A DNA stretch of 64,000 nucleotides from Candidatus Acidiferrum sp. GTDB lineage: Bacteria > Acidobacteriota > Terriglobia > Acidiferrales > UBA7541. The stretch is from positions 17,936-81,935 of the forward strand of contig DASXIT010000134.1 of assembly GCA_036497825.1 (NCBI GenBank). Direction: 5' to 3'. This document shows, one piece after another, positions 9,315-19,396 of the stretch. Both the position numbers and the translations under genes were made by a program. Under the pieces are notes generated by a model, which searched no databases, was not told the origin of the DNA, and saw nothing but the letters and a program-made list of their open reading frames with translations. Numbering within the stretch: the first letter of the stretch is position 1; each line of letters begins with the position of its first letter.

Positions 9315-12300
9315 ATGAGTTCTGAGAGAATTCGTAACTTGTATTTCAAAGGTGCTTTCCGCTCTGGAATTTTGATGCTGAGCCTGTGGTTTGGCCTCGC
9401 AACTCTTAGCCTTGCGCAAGGTGACGCTTCTATTCAGGGCATCGTCAGCGATTCCTCGGGAGGAACCATTCAGGGTGCAGCCATTCAGGTAAGAAATCTC
9501 GAAACAGGTGCAGTGCGAAATCTGCTGACAGACGAAGCAGGGCGCTTCGATGCGGCCTCACTTCCAGTGGGCCGTTACGTGGTCAAAGTAGAAAAGGCCG
9601 GCTTTCGCGGGGAAGAAAAGACCGGAATTCCTCTCGTGCTCGGCCAACGAGAAGCAGTGGACGTGGTGCTTCAAGTCGGAGACACACGGCAAACCGTACA
9701 GGTGGAATCTTCCCCGACAGTCGTCATGATCACCACAGAAGACGATTCCGGTCTTGTCGGTGAGAAGCAAGTGAAAGATCTTCCGTTGAATGGCCGCAGT
9801 TATGATCAGCTCTTAACGCTGAACCCGGGTATTGTAAACTATACCTCGCAGCGAGCAGGAGGAATCGGGACTTCCAATTCCGTCGTGGGCAATATGTTTT
9901 CTGCTTCCGGCCGCCGTCCGCAAGAAAACTTGTACCTCTTGAATGGCGTCGAATTCACCAGCGCATCCGAAATCAACAACACCCCGGGTGGAGTCAGCGG
10001 ACAACTTCTGGGCGTGGATGCGGTGCGTGAATTTTCCGTGGTGAAGGACACGTACGGCGCGGAATATGGCAAGCGTCCTGGAGCCCAGGTCAACATCGCG
10101 ACAGCCTCGGGAACGAACCAGGTCCATGGCAGCGCTTATGAATTTTTGCGCAATAGCGCGTTGGATGCCCGCAATTACTTTGACCACGGCGATATCCCGG
10201 GATTTCGGCGCAACGTGTTCGGCGGCTCGCTTGGCGGTCCGATCCGTAAGGATAAAACTTTCGTATTCGCAAACTACGAAGGTTTCCGGCAAAGTCTGGG
10301 CCTCAGTGATTTATCGCTCGTGCCGGATAACGCTTCCAGAGCCAAAGCTGTCGCGAGTATCCAGCCGTTGCTCGCATTGTGGCCGGTCGCCAACGGAGCG
10401 GAAATTCTAACCTCAACGGGAGTGCCAAGTGGGATTGCGGAAGCATTCAGCAATCCCGATCAGAGGATTCGCGAAGACTTTGGAACCACAAGGTTGGATC
10501 AGATCTTCACCGAAAGAGATTCCCTCGCAGCCGTTTATACGGCCGACGACAGTGAAGCCCATTCGCCCACCAATAATCCATATACGCTGGTCGATATTTT
10601 CTTACGGGAACAGGTAGTCAGCCTGAGTGAAACTCATATTTTTTCGCCTAGCCTGCTGAACAAGGCGACTTTCGGCTTCTCCCGTGGCGCCTTCTATTTC
10701 AATAGCGGCACTACAGTAAATTTGCCTTCATGGATCAAAGATGGGCAGCCCGTGGGGGCAATCGTTGTTGGCGGTGGCACCACGCTGAACGGTGCTTCAC
10801 AAATCACCAATGGCGGCACAAACGCAGGAAGCAATCTCCGTGCAGCGCGCAATCTCTACACCGAATCGGACCAGATCACTTTCTCACGCGGCAAGCACCT
10901 GTTCAGCTTTGGAGGATGGTTGCAGCAACTGCAGTCCAACGACAGTCTGGTCCAGGATCAATACGGCCAGGTTTCCTTCACCAACCTGCAAACATTTTTG
11001 CAGGGGACCGTGAGCACATATACCTACGCCCCAGGCTATACGCCGTTGTCTTGGCGTTCGATCGAAGGAGCTTTCTATGCGGAAGACGTGATCAAAGTTA
11101 CGCACTCTTGGGAGATCCGGATTGGCTTTCGTGGCGAGTCTACTGACGGATGGAACGAAGCTTACGGACGGGCGTCAAATTATGCGTTTAATTCGAGTGG
11201 CGTAATCGAAACGCAGCCGGTTGTTGGCGGCTCGGCATTTACCGTCAACAATGCAAAATTCCTCCCAGCGCTACGCATCGGTACCGCATGGTCTCCCTTC
11301 GCATCAAAGAAGACCGTGATCCGGGCGGGTTTCGGAACCTACTACGCGTTACTTGATAATTTGAGTTACCGCTTGGATCAAAACGGCCCCTTCAACACAG
11401 TTTTTTCTGTAAAGAGCTTGCCCTTCTCCAGCATCGCTCCTGGTGCCAGCTATTCGGGCGTGAAAGCGATTCCCAGTGGCGTACAACCAGATTTGAAAAC
11501 ACCGACAGTGGAATCCTGGAGCTTGAAATTTGAGCAGGAGCTCTCTGCAAACACGTCGCTTGGCGTCAGCTACATCGGATCGCATGGCTACCACGAATTA
11601 CTCTCGGCTGATGCAAACCTGCCCACGCCGACGATATGCCCCGCGGCACCTTGCCCGGCAGGCTATCCGCCGGGCGCGTATTACTACCCGGCAGGAGCTG
11701 CCCTTGCCAACCCAGCCGTTTGGAATACTACGCATTGGCTCTCGCAAGGAATCAGTTCCTATCACGGGCTTGAGGTGGATGTGAATCGCCGGCTCGGACA
11801 CGGGTTGCAATTCCGCGGAGTCTACACATTTTCAAAAGCGCTCGACGATGGCGACAATATGAATACCAGCGTCGCAACCAACTCTCCCGCATTCGTGGCC
11901 AATCCGTTACAGCCAAAGTCCGACTATGGCAGAGCTTCCTTCGACGTGCGACATACGGCAGTCATTCAAGCTACCTACGACCTTCCCTTTGGACGCGGCG
12001 ATGCTTCTCAGACTCGTGGGTGGGTGCAACGCTTGGTAGGAAATTGGCAACTGAGTGGAATTCAGACAGTGCAGTCGGGATTGCCGTTTACACCCCAATT
12101 GTCTTACAACCCGTCCAATGACGGTGACACCCGCAATCCAGTGCGCCCCTCTTGGAATCCTAATTTCACGGGCCCAATAATTCTCGGCGGACCAAATCAA
12201 TATTTTAATCCCAACGCGTTCATTCAGCCGTTGCCAGGAACCTATGGCAACGTTGGCCGAAACATTCTGCAAGCACCGGGCCTGACGGAAACGGACCTAT

Positions 12301-12509
12301 CGCTCGCCAAATTATTCTCATTCACAGAACGATTGAATCTGCAATTCCGCACAGAAGTATTCAACGTGTTCAATCACACGAACTTCAACGCACCGAATCC
12401 AGTTGTCTACGCCGCCGCCACGGGAGGGCCATCACCGACCGCCGGAGTTATTACGTCCACTACCATCACTTCACGGCAAATTCAATTCGGGTTGAAACTG
12501 CTGTGGTGA
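9315..12509 (+). CDS. TonB-dependent receptor, Oar/acidobacterial type
   Basis: Signal peptide, carboxypeptidase-regulatory-like N-domain, LPLNGR, GAEYG, YEFLRNSALDARN, C-terminal RQIQFGLKLLW. Confidence 0.92.
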   Translation: MSSERIRNLYFKGAFRSGILMLSLWFGLATLSLAQGDASIQGIVSDSSGGTIQGAAIQVRNLETGAVRNLLTDEAGRFDAASLPVGRYVVKVEKAGFRGEEKTGIPLVLGQREAVDVVLQVGDTRQTVQVESSPTVVMITTEDDSGLVGEKQVKDLPLNGRSYDQLLTLNPGIVNYTSQRAGGIGTSNSVVGNMFSASGRRPQENLYLLNGVEFTSASEINNTPGGVSGQLLGVDAVREFSVVKDTYGAEYGKRPGAQVNIATASGTNQVHGSAYEFLRNSALDARNYFDHGDIPGFRRNVFGGSLGGPIRKDKTFVFANYEGFRQSLGLSDLSLVPDNASRAKAVASIQPLLALWPVANGAEILTSTGVPSGIAEAFSNPDQRIREDFGTTRLDQIFTERDSLAAVYTADDSEAHSPTNNPYTLVDIFLREQVVSLSETHIFSPSLLNKATFGFSRGAFYFNSGTTVNLPSWIKDGQPVGAIVVGGGTTLNGASQITNGGTNAGSNLRAARNLYTESDQITFSRGKHLFSFGGWLQQLQSNDSLVQDQYGQVSFTNLQTFLQGTVSTYTYAPGYTPLSWRSIEGAFYAEDVIKVTHSWEIRIGFRGESTDGWNEAYGRASNYAFNSSGVIETQPVVGGSAFTVNNAKFLPALRIGTAWSPFASKKTVIRAGFGTYYALLDNLSYRLDQNGPFNTVFSVKSLPFSSIAPGASYSGVKAIPSGVQPDLKTPTVESWSLKFEQELSANTSLGVSYIGSHGYHELLSADANLPTPTICPAAPCPAGYPPGAYYYPAGAALANPAVWNTTHWLSQGISSYHGLEVDVNRRLGHGLQFRGVYTFSKALDDGDNMNTSVATNSPAFVANPLQPKSDYGRASFDVRHTAVIQATYDLPFGRGDASQTRGWVQRLVGNWQLSGIQTVQSGLPFTPQLSYNPSNDGDTRNPVRPSWNPNFTGPIILGGPNQYFNPNAFIQPLPGTYGNVGRNILQAPGLTETDLSLAKLFSFTERLNLQFRTEVFNVFNHTNFNAPNPVVYAAATGGPSPTAGVITSTTITSRQIQFGLKLLW

Positions 12510-12652
12510 GCAGAGTCAGAATCAGGATTGAGGAACCCGTCGGAGACAGCACGCGTCATTCGTCGCAGCGTGATGGGCGTCACATCTCTCGCCGCCGGGA
12601 CACGCGAATATGAATAGAGGATATAAAGCGTTTTGACCTGCTAAACTGAAAT

Positions 12653-13033
12653 TTGATGCGAAGGATGCTCATTCTCGGACTGGCACTGAGCGTGTTTGCC
12701 GCTGGGCTTGCGCCACTTTCGGCTTGCGCGCTACTTTCTTCAAAAATGGCGGAGTGCGCTGAGGCCACTGCCCAGTCGTTATGCGATCAAATGCATTCCC
12801 CCAATGCGGGAATCCAGACCTTCAAAGGTTCGGATAAGTCCTGCTGTGTTACCTCGCAGGCCCCACTCCCAGAATTGCAGTTCAATAGCACAGAGGTTGG
12901 GCCGCTTGTTACGATCGATGTATCCCAGAACATGCTTGCGATTCCGAGCGCCAGGTTGTCCAGCACACCTGCTTCCTTCGAATGCTCTTCGCCTCCCTCT
13001 TCCCAATCACTTCTCTGTACCTTCCTGACCTGA
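12653..13033 (+). CDS. Small Cys-rich secreted/membrane protein (DUF2946/CutF-like candidate) heading the metal efflux operon
   Basis: N-terminal hydrophobic segment, several Cys (EC...LC...SCC), C-terminal SPP...LLCTFL. Located directly upstream of the TolC gene. Confidence 0.6.
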   Translation: MMRRMLILGLALSVFAAGLAPLSACALLSSKMAECAEATAQSLCDQMHSPNAGIQTFKGSDKSCCVTSQAPLPELQFNSTEVGPLVTIDVSQNMLAIPSARLSSTPASFECSSPPSSQSLLCTFLT

Positions 13034-13153
13034 ATCTGTCCTGATCACAGCTAGCCCTACGCACTGGTGTACCTGTGCGTTTCGTTTCTCGAGCTTTGAT
13101 TACATACATCGAGGTCAGTCGGCAATTGCCTCGACATCGTGAAAGGACAGTTT

Positions 13154-14431
13154 ATGAAGTTTACTTCAGCTTGGATTCTCGGAGTCTCACTCGTTGTACT
13201 TGCAATACCTGGCGTCCGCGCTCAAAACGATTTAGCAAGAGGAAACACAAAACTCGCGGACCTTTTAACTGAGGCGGAAAAGAACAATCCGCAAATACAG
13301 GCGGCGAGGCATGGCTGGCAATCCGCAAAGCAGATTTCGACGCAGGTCGCAACACTGCCCGATCCCCAAGTCATTCTGCAACAGATGAATGTGGGCAGTC
13401 CTCGTCCGTTCGCGGGGTATACGAACAGCGACTTCGCGTATATCGGGCTGGGCTTTTCGCAAGACTTACCCTACCCCGGCAAACTTCGGCTTCGCGGTGA
13501 GATTGCCCAAAAGGAAGCGGATGCAACCCAGCAGAAATATGAGTCGGTGCGGCGCGCGGTGCTGGCCGCGGTGAAGATGACCTACTTCCAGTTAGGCTAT
13601 TTGGCCAAGCGACAAACGATTCTCGACGAAGACGCACAACTCCTGGAGCAAGTTGAACAAGCGGCGGAGTCTCGCTATCGGAACGGCATGGGGAATCAGC
13701 AAGATGTTCTTCAGGCGCAACTCGAACGCACCAAGCTGCTTCGAGAAATCAATATGAATCAACTGGAACAGGGGAAAATGCAGGCAGCGCTCAAGAACCT
13801 GCTGAATCGCGCGCAATCTTCGACGGACATTGAAACCGAAGAACTCTCCGAAAGCACTCCTGCCTATAATTTCGATCAACTGCTAGCCGAAGCGAAAGCC
13901 GGTAATCCCGACCTCGCCGGTATGCAAAAGACGGTGGAGCGCCAGGGATTGCAGATAGACCTTGCGAAGAAGGATTTTTATCCCGATTTCAACGTGCAAG
14001 GCATGTGGCAGCGCACAGACCCTTCGCAATTCCGCGCTTACTACCAATTCAGCGTTGGCATGCGCATTCCACTCTATCGCAGCCGTCGGCAACGGCCCGA
14101 ACTGGCCCAGGCCGAGTCCGACCGGGACCGCGCAAAGAGTGAATATGAAGTCCAATCGCAGCAGACAGCATTCCAACTTCGCCAGCAATTTCTCAGTGCG
14201 GAAAAATCGGCGGAGTTACTCAAGATCTATCGAGAAGGCTTAATACCTCAAGCGCGCGCCGAATTGCAGGCCGGCATGGCTGCGTACCAATCCAATCGCC
14301 AGGATTTTCAGGCTTTGTTGGCGTCTTTCCTCGACGTCCTAAAGCTTGACGAAGAATACTGGCAGACCCTCTCTGAACACGAAACAGCGCTGGCACAGAT
14401 GGAAGAAGTGACGGGAGTAACGCTCCGTTGA
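13154..14431 (+). CDS. TolC-family outer membrane efflux protein (CzcC/CusC role)
   Basis: Signal peptide and helical TolC repeats (NNPQIQAA, FYPDFNV). First gene of the OMF-MFP-RND triad. ATG 13154 follows AAGGAC. Confidence 0.88.
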   Translation: MKFTSAWILGVSLVVLAIPGVRAQNDLARGNTKLADLLTEAEKNNPQIQAARHGWQSAKQISTQVATLPDPQVILQQMNVGSPRPFAGYTNSDFAYIGLGFSQDLPYPGKLRLRGEIAQKEADATQQKYESVRRAVLAAVKMTYFQLGYLAKRQTILDEDAQLLEQVEQAAESRYRNGMGNQQDVLQAQLERTKLLREINMNQLEQGKMQAALKNLLNRAQSSTDIETEELSESTPAYNFDQLLAEAKAGNPDLAGMQKTVERQGLQIDLAKKDFYPDFNVQGMWQRTDPSQFRAYYQFSVGMRIPLYRSRRQRPELAQAESDRDRAKSEYEVQSQQTAFQLRQQFLSAEKSAELLKIYREGLIPQARAELQAGMAAYQSNRQDFQALLASFLDVLKLDEEYWQTLSEHETALAQMEEVTGVTLR

Positions 14432-14454
14432 ACAATCGCGGAAAGGAATCATCC

Positions 14455-16029
14455 ATGAAAAACTATCGAACCGCATTCATCGTCGTGCTCGTTGCAAATT
14501 TGGTGTTGGTCGGAGTGCTTGCAGGTTTCTGGTGGCGCTCGCATCATCCCGTTGAGACCAAGACCGCCACCGCACCCGCTTCCATTGCTGCGCCCCTGCA
14601 GGAGATGGGTACTTCCGCCGTCCCGCCGCCATCTGCGGAGACACCGCTCTCTCCTATCCAACTTTCACCCGAACGCCTGCAATCCATCGGGGTGAAATTC
14701 GGAGTCGTTGGGCGGAAGGACCTGAAAGATACCATTCGCACGACGGGGACAGTCGCGATTGACGAGCGTCGTGTTTCTTATGTGCAGACGCGCATCTCCG
14801 GCCACATCGAAAGAGTCTTTGCGGATGCCACGTACCAATACGTGAGAAAGGGCCAGCCGCTATTTACCATTCACAGCCCCGAACTTGTGACCGCTGAACG
14901 TGAATATCTTCTTGCTAAACAAAATGCACAAAACCTTTCGCAAAGCACGGTACCCGGCGTGGCGACTGGAGTTGCCTCTCTGCAGGAATCGTCTCGTGAA
15001 CGGCTTGCACAGTGGGACATTCCTAAACAGGAGATCGCCCGGCTGGAGACGACGGGCCAAGTCAGCGAGACGCTGGAAATTGACTCGCCTGTTTCCGGCT
15101 ATATCACCGAACGAATTGCTCTTCCCAACTTGATGGTGCAGCCAGATACGAAGCTCTATACCGTTGTTGACCTTTCCACCGTTTGGGTCCTCGCTCAGGT
15201 CTTCCAAAATGATTTGGGCCGCATCAAAGCGGGCTCACCGGCATCTCTCACGGTGGATTCCTATCCAGGCCGCATATTCCGGGGGAGGGTGGACTTTATC
15301 TACCCGGACGTGGACATGACCACACGCACCGCTCGTGCCCGCTTGGTCTTTTCAAATTCGCAACTCACCCTTTCTCCTGGGATGTTTGTGAACGTAAGCC
15401 TGGATGTAAATCTGGGGAAGCAACTAGCGATTCCCGTAAGCGGAGTATTGCAATCGGGAACGCGGCAGATTGTTTTCGTGGATCGTGGAAGCGGCTACCT
15501 CGAGCCGCGTGAAGTGCAACTCGGCCCTCAAGCAAACGATGAATATATCGTTCTCAAGGGATTGCAGGCTGGGGAACGCATCGTTACTTCTGCAAACTTC
15601 TTGATCGATTCGGAAAGCCAACTGCAAGCTGCAATCGGTTCTTACACTTCTTTACCGCCGCCGGGTGTTAGCGCGTCAGAAAGCAAAAGCAATTCAACTA
15701 CTCAAACCGCGGCGCAAGTCGAATTTTCAACCGAGCCACAGTCTCCGCACAAGGGAACAAATCTCTATCGTGTGAAATTGTCCACTGCCGACGGCACAGC
15801 CATTACGGGCGCGCAGGTCAGTGTTCGCAGCTATATGGCTGGTATGCCAGAAATGGGCATGGCCGCGATGAATGTCGTCACGCCTCTCGCTGAAAAAGGG
15901 AATGGCATCTACGAAGGTAAGGTTACGCTCGAAAGCGGTGGAACCTGGAAAGTCACCATCACGGTAATTAAGAATGGCGCTGCCCTTGCAACCAAGCAGC
16001 TCAGCCTCCAGGCGCAAGGAGGCATGTAG
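14455..16029 (+). CDS. cusB: CusB-like periplasmic adaptor with C-terminal YtkA/FixH-like Met-rich domain
   Basis: VRKGQPLFTIHSPEL, SPVSGYI, LSPGMFV, VTSANFLIDSESQL, plus C-terminal YMAGMPEMGMAAM...GIYEG...GGTWKVTI. Confidence 0.85.
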   Translation: MKNYRTAFIVVLVANLVLVGVLAGFWWRSHHPVETKTATAPASIAAPLQEMGTSAVPPPSAETPLSPIQLSPERLQSIGVKFGVVGRKDLKDTIRTTGTVAIDERRVSYVQTRISGHIERVFADATYQYVRKGQPLFTIHSPELVTAEREYLLAKQNAQNLSQSTVPGVATGVASLQESSRERLAQWDIPKQEIARLETTGQVSETLEIDSPVSGYITERIALPNLMVQPDTKLYTVVDLSTVWVLAQVFQNDLGRIKAGSPASLTVDSYPGRIFRGRVDFIYPDVDMTTRTARARLVFSNSQLTLSPGMFVNVSLDVNLGKQLAIPVSGVLQSGTRQIVFVDRGSGYLEPREVQLGPQANDEYIVLKGLQAGERIVTSANFLIDSESQLQAAIGSYTSLPPPGVSASESKSNSTTQTAAQVEFSTEPQSPHKGTNLYRVKLSTADGTAITGAQVSVRSYMAGMPEMGMAAMNVVTPLAEKGNGIYEGKVTLESGGTWKVTITVIKNGAALATKQLSLQAQGGM

Positions 16030-16031
16030 CC

Positions 16032-19000
16032 ATGATCTCCCGCGTCATTGATTCGTGCGCGAACAACCGTTTCCTGGTTTTCACTGGCACCCTCCTGTTA
16101 CTCCTTGCCGGGATCTGGTCGCTCAGAAATATTCCCCTCGATGCCCTTCCGGACATTTCGGACGTCCAAGTGATCGTTCACATTCCCTGGGAAGGTCAGC
16201 CGCCGAACATCATCGAAGACCAAGTGACCTATCCTATTGTCTCCACGCTGCTCGCTGCTCCCCACGTCAAGGCGGTCCGCGCTCAAACCATGTTTGGAGA
16301 TTCTTACATCTTCGTTGTCTTCGAGGATGGAACGGACCTCTACTGGGCGCGGTCGCGCGTGCTCGAATATATCCAGCAATTGCAGGGAGTGTTGCCGAAA
16401 AATGTCTCGCCCATGATTGGGCCGGACGCTACCGGCGCGGGCTGGGTCTATGAATATGCCGTCATCGATCGCTCTCATCGTCATAGTCTTGCCGAATTGC
16501 GCAGTCTTCAAGACTGGTATCTACGTTTCCAACTGGAAACCGTTCCAGGCGTTGCGGAAGTCGCTTCGATGGGAGGATTCGTTCGACAGTATCAGGTGAA
16601 TATCGACCCGAACAAACTTCGCGGCTATAACATTCCGCTTTCCATGGTGATTGACCGCGTTCGAGATTCAACAAATGAGGTGGGTGGCCGCGTTCTGGAA
16701 ATGGCGGGTGCACGCTACATGATTCGCGGTTTGGGCTACTTGCGCTCGCTGCAGGATCTTGAAAGCGTTCCGGTCGCAACGAAGAACGGCACCCCGGTGC
16801 TCGTCCGTGACCTCGGCACCGTCACGTTTGGCCCTGATATTCGGGAAGGGGTTACCGAATGGAACGGCGAAGGCGAAGTTGTCGGCGGCATTATTGTGAT
16901 GCGCGACGGCATGAATGCTCTGAAAGTCATCGATGGCGTGAAGACAAAACTCGCGGAACTCAAGCCTGCACTTCCCGCTGGCGTCGAGATCGTCGCCGGT
17001 TATGACCGCTCTGGTCTGATCCATGATTCCATCAAAACTCTGCAGCGCGATCTTCTTCTAGAAGTGGTGATCGTCAGCTTTGTAACCATCGCCTTCCTGT
17101 TTCATTTTCGTTCCGCGCTTGTTCCGATTCTGGCGTTGCCGATTGCGCTTGTCGCTTCGTTCATCCCCATGTATTTCCTACGCGTCAGTTCGAACATCAT
17201 GTCACTTGGTGGCCTGGCACTGGCCATTGGTGTCCTTATTGATGCGTCCATTGTGATGGTGGAAAACGGCTACCGCCACTTGTCAGAGCGTATGGCGTCT
17301 GCGGCGCAATCGGGTACCGAAGTGTCGGACAGCGACAGGAAAGCTATCCTGATTGGTGCCGCGAAACAAGTTGGTCCGGCGATTTTCTCTTCCCTTCTGG
17401 TGATTCTCGTCTCGTTCCTGCCTGTTTTCCTGCTCGAAGCACAGGAAGGGAGGATGTTCCGCCCGCTCGCATGGACCAAAACGCTTTCAGTGGCCTTCTC
17501 CTCCATTCTCGCCATCACGCTAGTTCCCGTTTTAATGGTCATCTTTATTCGTGGCCATCTTCACCCGGAGTCCGAAAATCCTTTCTCCAGGTGGACGCAG
17601 GCGCTGTATCTGCCAATACTCCGCTTCTGCTTGCGTTACCGGAAAACGACACTTGTTCTCAATCTCATCTTTCTGGCAATCACTTTTCCCCTTGCCTGGC
17701 GCATTGGCAGTCAGTTCATGCCTCCGCTATATGAAGGCTCTTCTCTGTACATGCCTACAGCTCTTCCCGGAATTTCTATCACGCAAGCGTCCACACTTCT
17801 TCAAGAGCAGGACCGCATCATCAAGTCGTTTCCCGAGGTGGAAAGTGTGTTTGGCGCCGTAGGCCGCTCCGACAGTCCGACGGACAACGCGCCATTAGAC
17901 ATGTATGACACGACGATCATGCTGAAACCGCGGGAGCAATGGCGTCCGGGAATGACCTACGAAAAGCTAATTCGCGAGATGGACGAGAAGCTCCAATTCC
18001 CCGGACTGACAAATACCTGGACTATGCCCGTGCAGAACCGGCTCGACATGGAACTGACGGGCATCAAGACTCCCGTGGGACTCAAGATCCAAGGCCCTAA
18101 CGTGGAAGTGATTCAGCAAGCGGGTGCACAATTACAACAAATCCTGGGAAGCATTCCTGAACTGCGATCTATTTTTGCTGAGCGTGTCGCCGAGGGCTTC
18201 TACATTAGTATCGAAGTCAATCGACTGGAAGCGGCTCGCTACGGACTGACGGTAGGAGATGTCCATCGCGCAGTGACTTCTGGGATTGGCGGCGAAAACA
18301 TCGCAGAAAATGTAGAGGGGCGGCAACGCTATCCCGTGAATGTTCGCTACAGCCGGGACTTTCGCGACAACATCGAAGAACTCAAGCGCGTTGTGATTGG
18401 GACCCCAACAGGCGCGCAGATTCCCATCTCAGAAGTCGCCAAGGTCTATTTCAGCCGGGGCCCCGCCATGATTCGTGATGAGGATGGCCTGCTTACCGGA
18501 TATGTCTATCTGGACTTGGCTACCAAGGATTACGGTGGATTTGTCACAAAAGCAGATCGGCTCTTACGCGAGAAACTGAAGCTCCCTCCCGGCTATACCT
18601 ACAAGTGGTCCGGCGAATATGAGTTCGAGTTGCGCGCCAAGTCGCGACTGAAGATCATCGTGCCTATCGTTTTCTTCGTAATATTTTTGCTTCTTTACAT
18701 GGTCTTTCATTCCGCAACGGAAGCGGCCGTCCTGATTTTTCCCACCTTTTATGCGATGACCGGGGGACTGATTCTTCAATATTGGCTTGGCTACAATTTT
18801 AGCGTTGCGGTTTGGGTGGGCTACATCGCACTCTTTGGAATTGCCGTGGAAACGGGCGTCGTCATGGTCGTTTATCTCCATGAATCGTTAGACAAGCGTC
18901 TCGCTTCCGGTATTCCCCTCAAGCATGAGGATATTGAAGCAGCGGCCATCGAAGGAGCCGTTCAGAGATTGCGCCCAAAATTGATGACCGTGACGGCTGT

Positions 19001-19211
19001 ACTTGCGAGCCTCCTGCCAATCCTTTGGGAGACTGGCATCGGGTCCGACGTAATGAAACCAATCGCGGCACCCATCGTCGGGGGCATGGTCACTTCGACC
19101 GTCCATGTACTCATCCTCGTGCCCGTCTTCTTCGCCTTCATGAAGGAACGTGCCCTTCGCCGCGGTACACTCCGGGCAACCTCCAGCACCAGCACGGGTG
19201 GAAAACAGTGA
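16032..19211 (+). CDS. cusA: CusA/SilA heavy-metal efflux RND transporter
   Basis: LDALPDISDVQV, GPDATGAGWVYEY, NIMSLGGLALAIG, RLRPKLMT. The three CusA-type Met positions are present: LYMPT, PLDMYDT, NRLDMELTG. Confidence 0.93.
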   Translation: MISRVIDSCANNRFLVFTGTLLLLLAGIWSLRNIPLDALPDISDVQVIVHIPWEGQPPNIIEDQVTYPIVSTLLAAPHVKAVRAQTMFGDSYIFVVFEDGTDLYWARSRVLEYIQQLQGVLPKNVSPMIGPDATGAGWVYEYAVIDRSHRHSLAELRSLQDWYLRFQLETVPGVAEVASMGGFVRQYQVNIDPNKLRGYNIPLSMVIDRVRDSTNEVGGRVLEMAGARYMIRGLGYLRSLQDLESVPVATKNGTPVLVRDLGTVTFGPDIREGVTEWNGEGEVVGGIIVMRDGMNALKVIDGVKTKLAELKPALPAGVEIVAGYDRSGLIHDSIKTLQRDLLLEVVIVSFVTIAFLFHFRSALVPILALPIALVASFIPMYFLRVSSNIMSLGGLALAIGVLIDASIVMVENGYRHLSERMASAAQSGTEVSDSDRKAILIGAAKQVGPAIFSSLLVILVSFLPVFLLEAQEGRMFRPLAWTKTLSVAFSSILAITLVPVLMVIFIRGHLHPESENPFSRWTQALYLPILRFCLRYRKTTLVLNLIFLAITFPLAWRIGSQFMPPLYEGSSLYMPTALPGISITQASTLLQEQDRIIKSFPEVESVFGAVGRSDSPTDNAPLDMYDTTIMLKPREQWRPGMTYEKLIREMDEKLQFPGLTNTWTMPVQNRLDMELTGIKTPVGLKIQGPNVEVIQQAGAQLQQILGSIPELRSIFAERVAEGFYISIEVNRLEAARYGLTVGDVHRAVTSGIGGENIAENVEGRQRYPVNVRYSRDFRDNIEELKRVVIGTPTGAQIPISEVAKVYFSRGPAMIRDEDGLLTGYVYLDLATKDYGGFVTKADRLLREKLKLPPGYTYKWSGEYEFELRAKSRLKIIVPIVFFVIFLLLYMVFHSATEAAVLIFPTFYAMTGGLILQYWLGYNFSVAVWVGYIALFGIAVETGVVMVVYLHESLDKRLASGIPLKHEDIEAAAIEGAVQRLRPKLMTVTAVLASLLPILWETGIGSDVMKPIAAPIVGGMVTSTVHVLILVPVFFAFMKERALRRGTLRATSSTSTGGKQ

Positions 19212-19396
19212 GTGCTCGAATGAATCGAGCTAAAAAATCAGCAACGTAACACTAGCGGCGGCCAAACCGGCGATTCATGGTCGTCCTGCGGCGGTAACCC
19301 GCTGCATATTGACCTTCAACTCCGCAATTACTTCCGTACCCTGTCGAGTGAGGAAGCGCTCTCACTCGCGAGGAGAATCGCCAAACACCATTGCGA

